Assembly (NCBI GenBank): GCA_963831815.1
Contig: CAWHRL010000001.1
Coordinates: forward strand, 135,827-199,826
Direction: 5' to 3'
DNA: 64,000 nucleotides
Origin: Vulcanimicrobiota bacterium
Lineage (GTDB): Bacteria > Vulcanimicrobiota > Vulcanimicrobiia > Vulcanimicrobiales > Vulcanimicrobiaceae
Shown: in pieces, positions 47,766-56,259 of the stretch
Layout: every line of letters starts with the position of its first letter
How positions within the stretch are numbered: position 1 is the stretch's first letter
Made by a program: the position numbers and the translations under genes
Notes under the pieces: generated by a model
What the model was told of the DNA's origin: nothing
The model's input: only the letters and a program-made list of their open reading frames with translations
Databases searched by the model: none

Positions 47766-48699
47766 AGAGCCTAGTAGGCAACCTCCTACCGTCCTAATCA
47801 TTGCCGGCCCGACAGCCGGCGGGAAAACGGAGCTGGCCATCGCCCTCGCGCGGGAGTTTGATGCAGAGATCGTCGGCGCCGACTCCCGGCAAATCTATCG
47901 AGGTATGGAGATCGGTACCGCCGCGCCGACCCAAAGAGAACTCGACGAAGTGCCGCACCACCTGGTAGGATTTCTCGATCCGCACGAGCGCTATTCGGCG
48001 GCGCGCTACGCGGATGAAGCGATGGCCGCGCTTCGAGCGATTTGGCGGCGCGGCAAACGCGCGATCGTCGCGGGCGGCACCGGCTTCTACATTCGAGCCC
48101 TGATCGGGGGAGTGGCCCTCGCGCCGCAATACGACGAAGGGCTGCGCGGTCGGCTAGCCCGTGAAGCACTGACTCATTCGCCGGAGTTCCTCTATGATTG
48201 GCTGCAGCAGCACGATCCGGTTCGCGCCGCCGCCTTGCAAACGAACGATACGTACCGAGTGCTGCGTGCGCTCGAGATCGCGCTCGCCGCGCCCGGGGCG
48301 AAGCTAAGGGATCAGCCCCCACAGACGCTGACCAGCGAAAGCATCCCGCATCTGCTCGTTTTTCTCGACCTGCCTCGCGAGCTCGTCGACGGGCGAATCG
48401 CTCGACGCACGTCGCTCATGATCGAGAGCGGCTTGGTAGAGGAAGCGGAGCGAGTCGGCTGCGCTGCAATCGCAGCGGATGCGGTCGGCTATCCGCAAGC
48501 GTGGGCATATTTGCGGGGCTGGAGCACGAAGGTCGAGCTGCGCGCGTTGCTCGAACGGGCGACGCGGCGATACGCGCGCCGCCAGCGAGCCTGGTTTCGC
48601 AGTGAACCGTCGACGCTGTGGATCGAACCGCAAGCGGTCGGAGTCGCGGTAAGGGAAAAGCTCGGATGGTCTGCGAAGCGCGCCGGAGGGGATTCTTGA
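47758..48699 (+). CDS. miaA: tRNA dimethylallyltransferase MiaA
   Basis: LIIAGPTAGGKTELAIALA...IVGADSRQIYRGMEIGTAAPT. The GTG start overlaps the mutL stop. Confidence 0.93.
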   Translation: MSEEPSRQPPTVLIIAGPTAGGKTELAIALAREFDAEIVGADSRQIYRGMEIGTAAPTQRELDEVPHHLVGFLDPHERYSAARYADEAMAALRAIWRRGKRAIVAGGTGFYIRALIGGVALAPQYDEGLRGRLAREALTHSPEFLYDWLQQHDPVRAAALQTNDTYRVLRALEIALAAPGAKLRDQPPQTLTSESIPHLLVFLDLPRELVDGRIARRTSLMIESGLVEEAERVGCAAIAADAVGYPQAWAYLRGWSTKVELRALLERATRRYARRQRAWFRSEPSTLWIEPQAVGVAVREKLGWSAKRAGGDS

Positions 48700-48707
48700 T
48701 TAATCCG

Positions 48708-49496
48708 ATGCACGTCACGAAGATGCACGGCGCACGCAACGATTTCGTCGTCGTTGACGGGCGCGCAGCGCCGCTGCGCGACGTAACGTCCTTCGCTCGT
48801 TGGGCGTGCGACCGGCGTGCCGGGCTCGGCGCCGATGGTGTGATTCTCCTCGAGACGTCGCAGCGGGCTGCCGTGCGCATGCGCACGATCAATGCCGACG
48901 GAACCGAAGCCGAGATGTGCGGCAACGGCATCCGTTGCGCCGCTCGCTGGCTCGACGAATCGGGCCAGGGTGACAGCATTGCATTCGAAACGGATGCCGG
49001 CATCGTTCGTACCGAGATCGTTGCCCGAGAACCCGAATATTTGGTTCGAGTCGCTATGGGACGCCCGCGAATCGCGTCAGGCATCCCTTTTTCGATTCCG
49101 CTCGCGACCTTCGTCGATTTGGGAAATCCGCACGTCGTCATCTTCGCAAGCAACGTTGATGCGCTCGATCTTGCCGGGTTGGCGAGAGAGTATCAGAACG
49201 ACCCGGCTTTCCCGAATGGCACCAACGTGCATCTGGCTTCGCCGCTTCGGAACGGCTCGTTGCGCGTTCTTCACTGGGAGCGTGGGGTGGGATTGACTCA
49301 GGCGTGCGGAACGGGCGCCGTGGCCTGCGCTGCAGTCGCGGTGAACAAAAAGCTCGCCGTATCGCCTGTAGAGGTCTTTGTTCCCGGCGGAAGGCTGGTC
49401 GTCGAGTTTGACGAGTCCGGAGCGGCGCATTTGATCGGCCCTGCGGTACGAGTCTTTGACACGGAGGTGAACGTTGGCGTCGCTGTCATGCCGTAG
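48708..49496 (+). CDS. dapF: Diaminopimelate epimerase
   Basis: MHVTKMHGARNDFVVVDG, with the two catalytic Cys contexts EMCGNGIRC and ACGTGAVA. The ATG at 48708 follows the miaA stop. Confidence 0.9.
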   Translation: MHVTKMHGARNDFVVVDGRAAPLRDVTSFARWACDRRAGLGADGVILLETSQRAAVRMRTINADGTEAEMCGNGIRCAARWLDESGQGDSIAFETDAGIVRTEIVAREPEYLVRVAMGRPRIASGIPFSIPLATFVDLGNPHVVIFASNVDALDLAGLAREYQNDPAFPNGTNVHLASPLRNGSLRVLHWERGVGLTQACGTGAVACAAVAVNKKLAVSPVEVFVPGGRLVVEFDESGAAHLIGPAVRVFDTEVNVGVAVMP

Positions 49497-50709
49497 CGGA
49501 AACGCCGTTGGTTTGGCCTCTTGCGACGAAGGCGGCGCGATCTCGTACGATGCGCGGCTCGTTCCGCTTGCCGACGGCGGGATAGTGCGCGAGGCGACGC
49601 TCGACGAGTTGGTTCCCGCTCCCGATGCGACGCTGGAGATGCTCTTACCGGAGCGTCGCCCGCTGACGACGATCGGTCCGATAGCAGGGCGCACCGCGAT
49701 GGCCGTCGCGTTGCCGTCGGGATACACGCGTCTGCTGCTGCCGGCGTATGCCGCGGATCGGAGCGCGCCGGCGCTGCCGCTCTTCGGGTATACGTTCGCC
49801 TGCGTCGTGGAGGATCGATTACACGTCGCGGCGATGCGGACGGACGAGGGGGAGGCGTGGGAGCCGCGCCGCTTCGACCAAGGTGAGCTCGAAGGGCTCA
49901 TCGCACGGCGCCTGGCACGCCGGCCGCAGAATCGCGTACTGCATCAGGTTGCGCTCTGCTCGCTCAAGTACGGCTGCTTTACCGCGCAGAACGTTTTCTT
50001 GCAATGCGGCGAGGCGGCCTTGCCGGTTTCTCCGAGGTGCAACGCGCGTTGCATCGGTTGCATCTCCGAACAAGAACCGGACGCCGGCGTCCCTTCGCCG
50101 CAAGCGCGCATCGCCGACGAGGCCGCTGCGCAAGAGCTTGCGGAGGTTGCGATCGATCATCTCGAGCGGGTAGAGGACGGGATCGTCTCGTTCGGTCAAG
50201 GCTGCGAGGGCGAACCGCTCCTACGCTCGATCGCGATTGAGCGGACCATCGAACGAATTCGTGGCAAATGCTCGAACGGCACCGTCAATCTCAACACGAA
50301 CGCAAGCCTGCCGGCGGCGCTCGAGCGCTGCATCAACGCTGGTTTGCAAGCCGTACGCATCAGTCTCAACTCGTTTCGACCCCGCGTATACTCCGCATAC
50401 TATCGACCGCAGGGATACGATCTTGCGCACGTCCTGGAATCGATTCGGATGGCGATCTCGCGCGGTCTGCGCGTGAGCTTGAACCTTCTTACCCATCCTG
50501 GCGTTACCGACGACGCAGAGGAAGTCGCGGCGATGGAGGCGTTTTTATCGCAGGAATCCGTTGCGATGGTCCAGACGCGCACGCTCAACATCGATCCGGC
50601 CGTTTACTTCGAAGCGGTCGGCCGTCCGCGCACGCCGATCGGCATGCGTCAGGCGATCGAACGAATTCGCCGCCTAGCTCCGGTAGGCAATTTTACGCAT
50701 ACGCACTAG
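49474..50709 (+). CDS. Radical SAM protein of unknown function with an N-terminal extension of about 190 aa
   Basis: It has the CNARCIGC (CxxxCxxC) cluster motif followed by FGQGCEGEPLL and a TIM-barrel-like remainder. I do not recognise the N-terminal region. The start is uncertain. Confidence 0.72.
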   Translation: MASLSCRSGNAVGLASCDEGGAISYDARLVPLADGGIVREATLDELVPAPDATLEMLLPERRPLTTIGPIAGRTAMAVALPSGYTRLLLPAYAADRSAPALPLFGYTFACVVEDRLHVAAMRTDEGEAWEPRRFDQGELEGLIARRLARRPQNRVLHQVALCSLKYGCFTAQNVFLQCGEAALPVSPRCNARCIGCISEQEPDAGVPSPQARIADEAAAQELAEVAIDHLERVEDGIVSFGQGCEGEPLLRSIAIERTIERIRGKCSNGTVNLNTNASLPAALERCINAGLQAVRISLNSFRPRVYSAYYRPQGYDLAHVLESIRMAISRGLRVSLNLLTHPGVTDDAEEVAAMEAFLSQESVAMVQTRTLNIDPAVYFEAVGRPRTPIGMRQAIERIRRLAPVGNFTHTH

Positions 50710-50722
50710 TGAGCGCTAGCCC

Positions 50723-51817
50723 GTGACGATCTGGCAGATTCTGATCGTCGTCGCACTCGGCGTTGCGTACGGTCTCATCGAGCCCGGGCGCTTAACGTAT
50801 GCGTTCGGCCACGCCACGCTGTACGTGTTTCTTCCCGCGCTGCTCTTCGAGGCAGCGTGGAATCTGAACTATCGAGCAATCGTGCGCCAGTGGGTCGCGA
50901 TTGCGACGCTCGCCGGGCCAGGCGTATTGTTGACCGCGGGGCTCGTTGCGGGCGCGCTATCGATCGTTCGCGTGCCTCTTGGACCCGCGCTGTTGACTGG
51001 CGCGATTCTCAGCGCGACCGACCCGATCGCAGTGGTGGCGATCTTTCGGCGGTTGAAAGCCCCGAAGACGCTGATAACGATCGTCGAGTGCGAATCGCTT
51101 TTTAACGATGCTGTGGCCGTCGTACTCTATCGCAGCGTGCTCGTTGCGCTTGCGTTGGGAGCGGCCAGCGGAGGTGCGATCGCGCTAGTGGCGGTCGGCA
51201 CGCTGGTCGGAGCCGTCGGGGGAATCGCGCTTGGCATCGCCATCGCATTCCTCCTGGCGAGCCTGCTGCGCCAGCGCGCAGATGCTGTGATTCAAATAGG
51301 CGCGACGATGATCTGCGCGTACGGCGCCTATTTTGCGGCCGACGCTCTGCGGCTTTCGGGCATCTTCGCGACAATTGCGTGCGGCATCGCGCTTCGATAT
51401 TACGAGCGCTCCTGGATCACGCTGCGGATCGCGGATGACGTCAACCGTTTCTGGGACGTTGCGGCGCTGCTCGCCAACGTGCTGGTCTTCTTTTTGGTCG
51501 GTGCCGCCTTGGAGATCGGTCGTGTTGCGCAGGAACCACTCTTTGTGGTGGCGTGCATCGTGGCGATCGCGGTAGCCCGCGTCGTCGTTGCGGGGCTGCT
51601 CTTGCCCTGTCCGTATCCACGCGAATGGATCAACGTGATCCGCGTCGCGGGAATGCGAGGCGCACTGTCGCTGGCGCTTGCATTGGCGATTCCACTCGGT
51701 GTGGCATACCGCAACGCGATTATCGACGCGACGTTTGCCGTCGCGCTGGCCACCTTGACGGCAGCCAGCCTTACAGTCACTTCGACGGTAAAACGAGCGG
51801 TTGCGAGCCGGAGGTAA
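50723..51817 (+). CDS. Cation:proton antiporter, CPA1/NhaP type
   Basis: LLFEAAWNLN, GAILSATDPIAVVAIF and ECESLFNDAVAVVLY are typical Na+/H+ exchanger motifs. Confidence 0.85.
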   Translation: MTIWQILIVVALGVAYGLIEPGRLTYAFGHATLYVFLPALLFEAAWNLNYRAIVRQWVAIATLAGPGVLLTAGLVAGALSIVRVPLGPALLTGAILSATDPIAVVAIFRRLKAPKTLITIVECESLFNDAVAVVLYRSVLVALALGAASGGAIALVAVGTLVGAVGGIALGIAIAFLLASLLRQRADAVIQIGATMICAYGAYFAADALRLSGIFATIACGIALRYYERSWITLRIADDVNRFWDVAALLANVLVFFLVGAALEIGRVAQEPLFVVACIVAIAVARVVVAGLLLPCPYPREWINVIRVAGMRGALSLALALAIPLGVAYRNAIIDATFAVALATLTAASLTVTSTVKRAVASRR

Positions 51818-51823
51818 TCAACC

Positions 51824-52048
51824 GTGAGACCATTGGATGCTTTCGGACTCGCTGCGGTCAGCGCGATGCTCGTTACTTACGCATTGGAAAAACGGAGCCC
51901 GTGGTTTATCCTCGGGTTTGCGGTCGCCTGCGCCTTGGGTTCGATCTACGGCTTCCTGCAAGGAGCTTGGCCCTTCGGGATCGTTGAGGGCGTGTGGGCG
52001 ATGGTCGCGCTGTGGCGTTGGCGACATTCGTTGGACACGTCCGTTTAG
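51824..52048 (+). CDS. Small hydrophobic membrane protein (three predicted helices), function unknown
   Basis: 74 aa, LAAVSAMLVTYALEKRSPWFILGFAVACALGSIYGFLQGAWPFGIVEGVWAMVALWRW. It starts 7 nt after the antiporter stop. Confidence 0.5.
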   Translation: MRPLDAFGLAAVSAMLVTYALEKRSPWFILGFAVACALGSIYGFLQGAWPFGIVEGVWAMVALWRWRHSLDTSV

Positions 52049-53727
52049 AACGTCATACCCCGCTGGAGCTCGAAATGCTCGGCTATTGGGCCGAGCAGAT
52101 CGGCCGGAAGAAATGTCAAAGCCCCGACCAATAGGATCACGCCGACCAGCAGCGCGACGAAGAGCGTATTGTCCGTTCTGAACGTGCCCACATGCGAAAG
52201 GTCGTTCGTCGGCCTCGCCGCGAGCGACCCGGCGAGGGCGAGCGTGGGAATCATCACCAGGAACCTTCCGCCGAGCATTATCAATCCGGTCGCGATTTCA
52301 TAGAAGACGTTCGCTCCGAGACCGGCGAAGGCCGATCCGTTGTTTGCCGCACCCGACGCGAATGCGTAAAGCATTTCGCTGAAGCCGTGCGGCCCGGAGT
52401 TCCCGAGCGTCGCCGTGCCCTGCGGTATGACGACCGCGACCGCGGTCGCAAAGAGGATGATGCACGGAAAGGTGAGCACCGCAAGCATTGCAAACTGCAC
52501 TTCACGCCGTTCGATCTTCTTTCCGAGGTACTCGGGCGTGCGTCCTACCATCAGACCCGCCAAGAAGACGGTGACCACCACGAAGACCAACATTCCGTAG
52601 AGGCCGCTGCCCACGCCGCCGAAGATGATCTCCGCTAGCTCGAGATTCAGCAGCGCGAAGAATCCTCCGAGCGGAGTGAGCGAATCGTACGCAAAGTTCG
52701 ACGATCCCGTGCCCGAGTCGGTTGCAACCGCAAGTGAAAGCCCGGCGTTGACGACGCCAAACCGCACCTCTTTGCCCTCCATGTTACCACCGTGAACTGC
52801 CATGGCGTGGACGATTGGATTTCCAGCCTGTTCGGAGAGCTGCGCTCCGACAAACGACCCGACGCCGAGCACGAGCATCGTGACGAGCAGCGCTCGGCCC
52901 GCACGCGCGTTACCGGTCATCCGGCCGAAGAGCAGTGGAAAGGCTGTAGAGATCAGCCAGATGGCTAAGAGTTCGAGTAGATTCGAGACGCCGTTGGGGT
53001 TTTCGTTCGGCGACGCCGAGTTCGCGCCGACGAAGCCGCCGCCGTTGCCGCCCAGCAGTTTCGGCGCTTCCTGCGATGCGATCGGGCCGCCGGTGATACT
53101 CTGCGCGAAGCCTTCCGCATTGGTTACCGCGAGGTAGCGCGAGAAGTTTTGAGGTATACCCTGCGACGCGTAGAGTAGCCCGAAGAACGCGCATAGCGGC
53201 AGCAAGACGTAGAAGAGACTTCGCACGCAATCGACCCAGAAGTTCCCGAGCGTCGCGCTGTTTCTACGCGCGAAGCCTCGAATGACGGCAATACCCGCGG
53301 CCAGGCCGATCGCGCCCGCCACGAAATTGAGCCACGCCAACGCCGCCATCTGCGAGAGATAGCTCATAGTGCTTTCGCCGGAGTAGAACTGCCAGTCGGT
53401 CGTCGTGACGAAGCTGACAGCGGTGTTCCAGGCTATCCACGGAGCGACGTTCGGAAAACCTTGGGGGTTGAAGAAATGTCCGTGCCACTGCTGGGTACGC
53501 ATGACTGCGTAAGCGGCCAAGGTCGTGACGAGCGATAGCGCGATCGCGGCGAGAGTATACTCGGCCCATCCCATTTCGCGCTTGGGGTCGATGCCGCAGC
53601 ATCGGTGTAGGGCCGTCTCGCCCCACAGGTGCAGACGCCCCTCGAATACCGCATGCAAGTACCGCGCGAGCGGCGAAGCCGCGACCAGGAGCAGCGCCAG
53701 GAAGACGACCGCGTTCAGCCAGGCCAC
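52045..53727 (-). CDS. KdpA-family protein: a second, divergent paralog not linked to kdpB/kdpC
   Basis: It is 560 aa and full length, collinear with the kdpA at 56260..57960 (WNTAVSF...WQFYSGE..MSYLSQMA, NGGGF, FGGVGSGLYGM, ANNGSAFAGLG). It has substitutions in filter loops 1-3 (see findings). It has a GTG start and no obvious SD sequence. Confidence 0.9.
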   Translation of the reverse strand: MAWLNAVVFLALLLVAASPLARYLHAVFEGRLHLWGETALHRCCGIDPKREMGWAEYTLAAIALSLVTTLAAYAVMRTQQWHGHFFNPQGFPNVAPWIAWNTAVSFVTTTDWQFYSGESTMSYLSQMAALAWLNFVAGAIGLAAGIAVIRGFARRNSATLGNFWVDCVRSLFYVLLPLCAFFGLLYASQGIPQNFSRYLAVTNAEGFAQSITGGPIASQEAPKLLGGNGGGFVGANSASPNENPNGVSNLLELLAIWLISTAFPLLFGRMTGNARAGRALLVTMLVLGVGSFVGAQLSEQAGNPIVHAMAVHGGNMEGKEVRFGVVNAGLSLAVATDSGTGSSNFAYDSLTPLGGFFALLNLELAEIIFGGVGSGLYGMLVFVVVTVFLAGLMVGRTPEYLGKKIERREVQFAMLAVLTFPCIILFATAVAVVIPQGTATLGNSGPHGFSEMLYAFASGAANNGSAFAGLGANVFYEIATGLIMLGGRFLVMIPTLALAGSLAARPTNDLSHVGTFRTDNTLFVALLVGVILLVGALTFLPADLLGPIAEHFELQRGMTF

Positions 53728-53774
53728 CAGAACGCAATTATATGAGGATCATCGTGCCTGCGGCAGCGTCCTAA

Positions 53775-53786
53775 CGGATGATCCGA
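53775..53786. promoter_or_regulatory. 12-mer motif copy (minus strand TCGGATCATCCG) between amt and the kdpA paralog
   Basis: It matches 11 of 12 positions of the two copies at 55999 and 56024. It also forms the 3' arm of an 8-bp inverted repeat, GGATCATC (53746-53753) / GATGATCC (53777-53784). Confidence 0.3.
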
Positions 53787-55043
53787 TCAGATCCCGAGCG
53801 GATAGGCCTCCTCACCGTGCAGCGCGACGTCGAGCCCGTGCTCCTCGGCAACCTCATCCACCTTGACGGGCGTCACCAAGTTGATCAACCATAGCATCGC
53901 ATACGTAAAGACGAAGGCCCAGCTGCTGCAGACGACGGCCGCGACGAACTGCTTACCGAGAAACGCGGGATTCCCGCGAAGGAGGCCGTCGGCACCGTTG
54001 GGGTCCCACAACGTGGACGCGAAAACGCCCAGCAGGACGATGCCCAAGAATCCACCGACTCCGTGTACGCCCCAAACGTCCAGCGCATCATCCCAGCCGA
54101 GCTGATTCTTGAGAGTGACCGCAAAGTAGCAGAGGACTCCTGCGGCGATTCCGATGATCACCGCCGTCGTGGGCGAAACATAGCCCGCGGCCGGCGTGAT
54201 CGTTGCGAGGCCGGCGACCGCGCCGGTCAGCAAACCGACGAATTTCGGCTGACGTCCGCGAGCCCATTCGACGAAGAGCCACGTAATTGCCGCGAACGAG
54301 GCTGCAATATCGGTGTTGAGAAATGCGGAGGCCGTCACCGAATCGACGCGAAGCTCGGATCCGGCGTTGAAGCCGTACCAGCCGAACCAAAGCAGACCCG
54401 TCCCTAGTGCGATGAGCGGAACGTTGTGTGGTCTGTTGTCGACTACGTGACGCCTGCCGACGTAAAGCACGGATGCCAGGGCCGCAAAACCGGCCGAGGC
54501 GTGCACGACGAGACCACCTGCGAAATCGAGCACTCCCCACGTCGCGAGCAGGCCATGGGGACTCCACAGCATGTGTACGAATGGAAAATAGACGAAGACC
54601 AGCCAGAGGGTTAAAAACAAGAAGTACGCTTTAAACGTTACGCGATTTGCGAACGCCCCAGTGATCAGCGCGGGGGTGATGATCGCAAACATCATTTGAT
54701 ACGCGATGTGCGCGACTAGCGGGATGGCGGCATCGTTCCCGGTAAACATCGTATGCAGCGTCACTCCCCGTAAGAAGGCGTACGTCCCCGGGTTGCCGAT
54801 GATGCCGTGCCAGTCCGCCCCGAAACTTTCCGAGTAACCGAAGGCGAACCAGATAACTGTCGTCCATCCGAGCGACATAAAGCTCTGCATCATGATGGTA
54901 AGCACGTTCTTGCGCTGGACCAGCCCACCATAGAAAAACGCGAGCCCCGGAGTCATGAGCATGACAAGACTCGCGCAGAGCAGCATAAAGCCGGTGTTCC
55001 CGATATTGACGGTAGTACTCATAGCGTGCGCCGTTAGGCGCAC
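53787..55043 (-). CDS. amt: Ammonium transporter (Amt/MEP family)
   Basis: NTGFMLLCASLVMLMTPGLAFFYGGLV, VHASAGFAALA, WFGWYGFNAGS and DVWGVHGVGG are classical Amt signatures. Confidence 0.93.
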   Translation of the reverse strand: MRLTAHAMSTTVNIGNTGFMLLCASLVMLMTPGLAFFYGGLVQRKNVLTIMMQSFMSLGWTTVIWFAFGYSESFGADWHGIIGNPGTYAFLRGVTLHTMFTGNDAAIPLVAHIAYQMMFAIITPALITGAFANRVTFKAYFLFLTLWLVFVYFPFVHMLWSPHGLLATWGVLDFAGGLVVHASAGFAALASVLYVGRRHVVDNRPHNVPLIALGTGLLWFGWYGFNAGSELRVDSVTASAFLNTDIAASFAAITWLFVEWARGRQPKFVGLLTGAVAGLATITPAAGYVSPTTAVIIGIAAGVLCYFAVTLKNQLGWDDALDVWGVHGVGGFLGIVLLGVFASTLWDPNGADGLLRGNPAFLGKQFVAAVVCSSWAFVFTYAMLWLINLVTPVKVDEVAEEHGLDVALHGEEAYPLGI

Positions 55044-55079
55044 GCTATGTTTTTCCCGCTCGCGAGCTGGTTCGTGAGG

Positions 55080-55952
55080 CTAGTTCATGAAGGAGAGGCC
55101 GGCTCCCACGTAATGCTGTTTCTGGCCGTTGATTAGCGTCGGCGAGAAGCCGTACTCGACGTCGAACTGCAGGTGGCCGCCAAAGTCGCGCTGGTAGACG
55201 AAGTCGAAAAGGTTCTTCGAGCCAAGCCCGGGACCCGCCGCGGAGAAATAGGCGTACTCCGCAGAGATCTGAGACGGGCCTCCCGGCAGCGCCGCGCTGA
55301 GCTCCAAGCTCGGAATGAAGGCAAAATACGACTGGAACGCGCCGACCGAGTTTGCCGCGCTCAACGCGTTGAAGCTAAGCGTACCCGCGAGGCTGAACTC
55401 CGAATTGATCGTGTAGGCCCCATTGAAATCGCCTGTGAACTCGGCGTTTCCAGCCGTGAAGGCGTGACTCCCAGTCGGATAGGTAATCGCGCCGTACACG
55501 CCCCAGTCGGCTTTCGAGTTGAAACCGAGTTCGTATTTCGTGGCAAGAGTCACGTCGCTCGATCCGCTCACCCGCGGTCCGCCGACCGACGACGTTTCGG
55601 CGCTCGGAAAACTGAACTCAAAATCGAGGTGAGGGTCGGCGGTACCGACTCTGAGCACCGACTGCGGGTAAATCGCATTGCTGCCGCCTCCGACTCCGGT
55701 GAACGTCGTGTTCGTATAACCGTTCTCGAGCAGAAAATGGCCGGGCCGCACCGTGCAGACGCCCGTCGATACCGTAGGGCGATTCACGATCGAGAGGAGC
55801 GACCCGCACGGGTCGCTAGGCGCGCTCGGCGTCGGTGACGGCGAGGCGATCGGCGAAGCCGAAGGCGAGGGCGTTTGAGCGCTCGCGCCGCCGGCGCCGG
55901 CGGCGAGTCCCCAAACGAGAGCCGCTCCGGCGAAAAGCGTTGTACGATTCAT
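55080..55952 (-). CDS. Outer-membrane beta-barrel protein (MetA/phenol-degradation-like transporter or porin family)
   Basis: It has a signal peptide (MNRTTLFAGAALVWGLAAGAGGASA) and a Pro/Ser-rich linker. These are followed by alternating amphipathic strands starting RPTVSTGVCTVRPGHFLLENGYT. The family call is tentative. Confidence 0.55.
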   Translation of the reverse strand: MNRTTLFAGAALVWGLAAGAGGASAQTPSPSASPIASPSPTPSAPSDPCGSLLSIVNRPTVSTGVCTVRPGHFLLENGYTNTTFTGVGGGSNAIYPQSVLRVGTADPHLDFEFSFPSAETSSVGGPRVSGSSDVTLATKYELGFNSKADWGVYGAITYPTGSHAFTAGNAEFTGDFNGAYTINSEFSLAGTLSFNALSAANSVGAFQSYFAFIPSLELSAALPGGPSQISAEYAYFSAAGPGLGSKNLFDFVYQRDFGGHLQFDVEYGFSPTLINGQKQHYVGAGLSFMN

Positions 55953-55998
55953 GGCGCTGCCATTATAGAACCCAACGGAAAAATCCAGCAGCCGTCAC

Positions 55999-56035
55999 TC
56001 GGATCATCCATCCGGCTATCCTTTCGGATCATCCA
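55999..56035. promoter_or_regulatory. Two direct copies of TCGGATCATCCA (55999-56010, 56024-56035) in the divergent porin-amt / kdpF promoter region
   Basis: The 12-mer is repeated exactly, 25 bp apart. Each copy contains the GGAT-N-ATCC palindrome. This is the only intergenic DNA between the two divergently transcribed operons. Confidence 0.35.
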
Positions 56036-56079
56036 AACGACGGGTGGCACGCGTGCCTAGCGTCGGCTATGCTGAGCGC

Positions 56080-56166
56080 GTGCTCCTGGAGATTGGAATC
56101 ATCGCGCTGTCAATCGTCTGTTTTGTCGTCCTCGACCTTTACGTCCTCGGTTGCGAGAAGGTATAG
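56080..56166 (+). CDS. KdpF-like hydrophobic micro-ORF (28 aa) chained upstream of kdpF
   Basis: My own translation from the GTG at 56080 is VLLEIGIIALSIVCFVVLDLYVLGCEKV*. It is a single TM helix with a Y-x-x-x-x-E-K-hydrophobic C-terminus, like KdpF. Its stop is 3 nt before the kdpF start. Confidence 0.35.
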   Translation: MLLEIGIIALSIVCFVVLDLYVLGCEKV

Positions 56167-56169
56167 GCC

Positions 56170-56259
56170 GTGGGCTTCGATGACGCGCTCGGCCTCGTAC
56201 TTACCGTTGCCGGACTGGCCTATCTCGTTTTTGCCATGCTGCGGCCGGAGAGGTTCTAG
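56170..56259 (+). CDS. kdpF: K+-transporting ATPase subunit F
   Basis: My own translation from the GTG at 56170 is VGFDDALGLVLTVAGLAYLVFAMLRPERF*. It is 29 aa with the KdpF-typical YL..A.LRPE(K/R)F end. The stop TAG abuts the kdpA ATG at 56260. Confidence 0.75.
   Translation: MGFDDALGLVLTVAGLAYLVFAMLRPERF

Noticed and set aside
55953-56079. A possible c-di-AMP (ydaO/kimA-type) riboswitch upstream of the kdp operon.
   Set aside because: The leader is too short, and I could not find the conserved ydaO blocks. It contains only the TCGGATCATCCA direct repeats.
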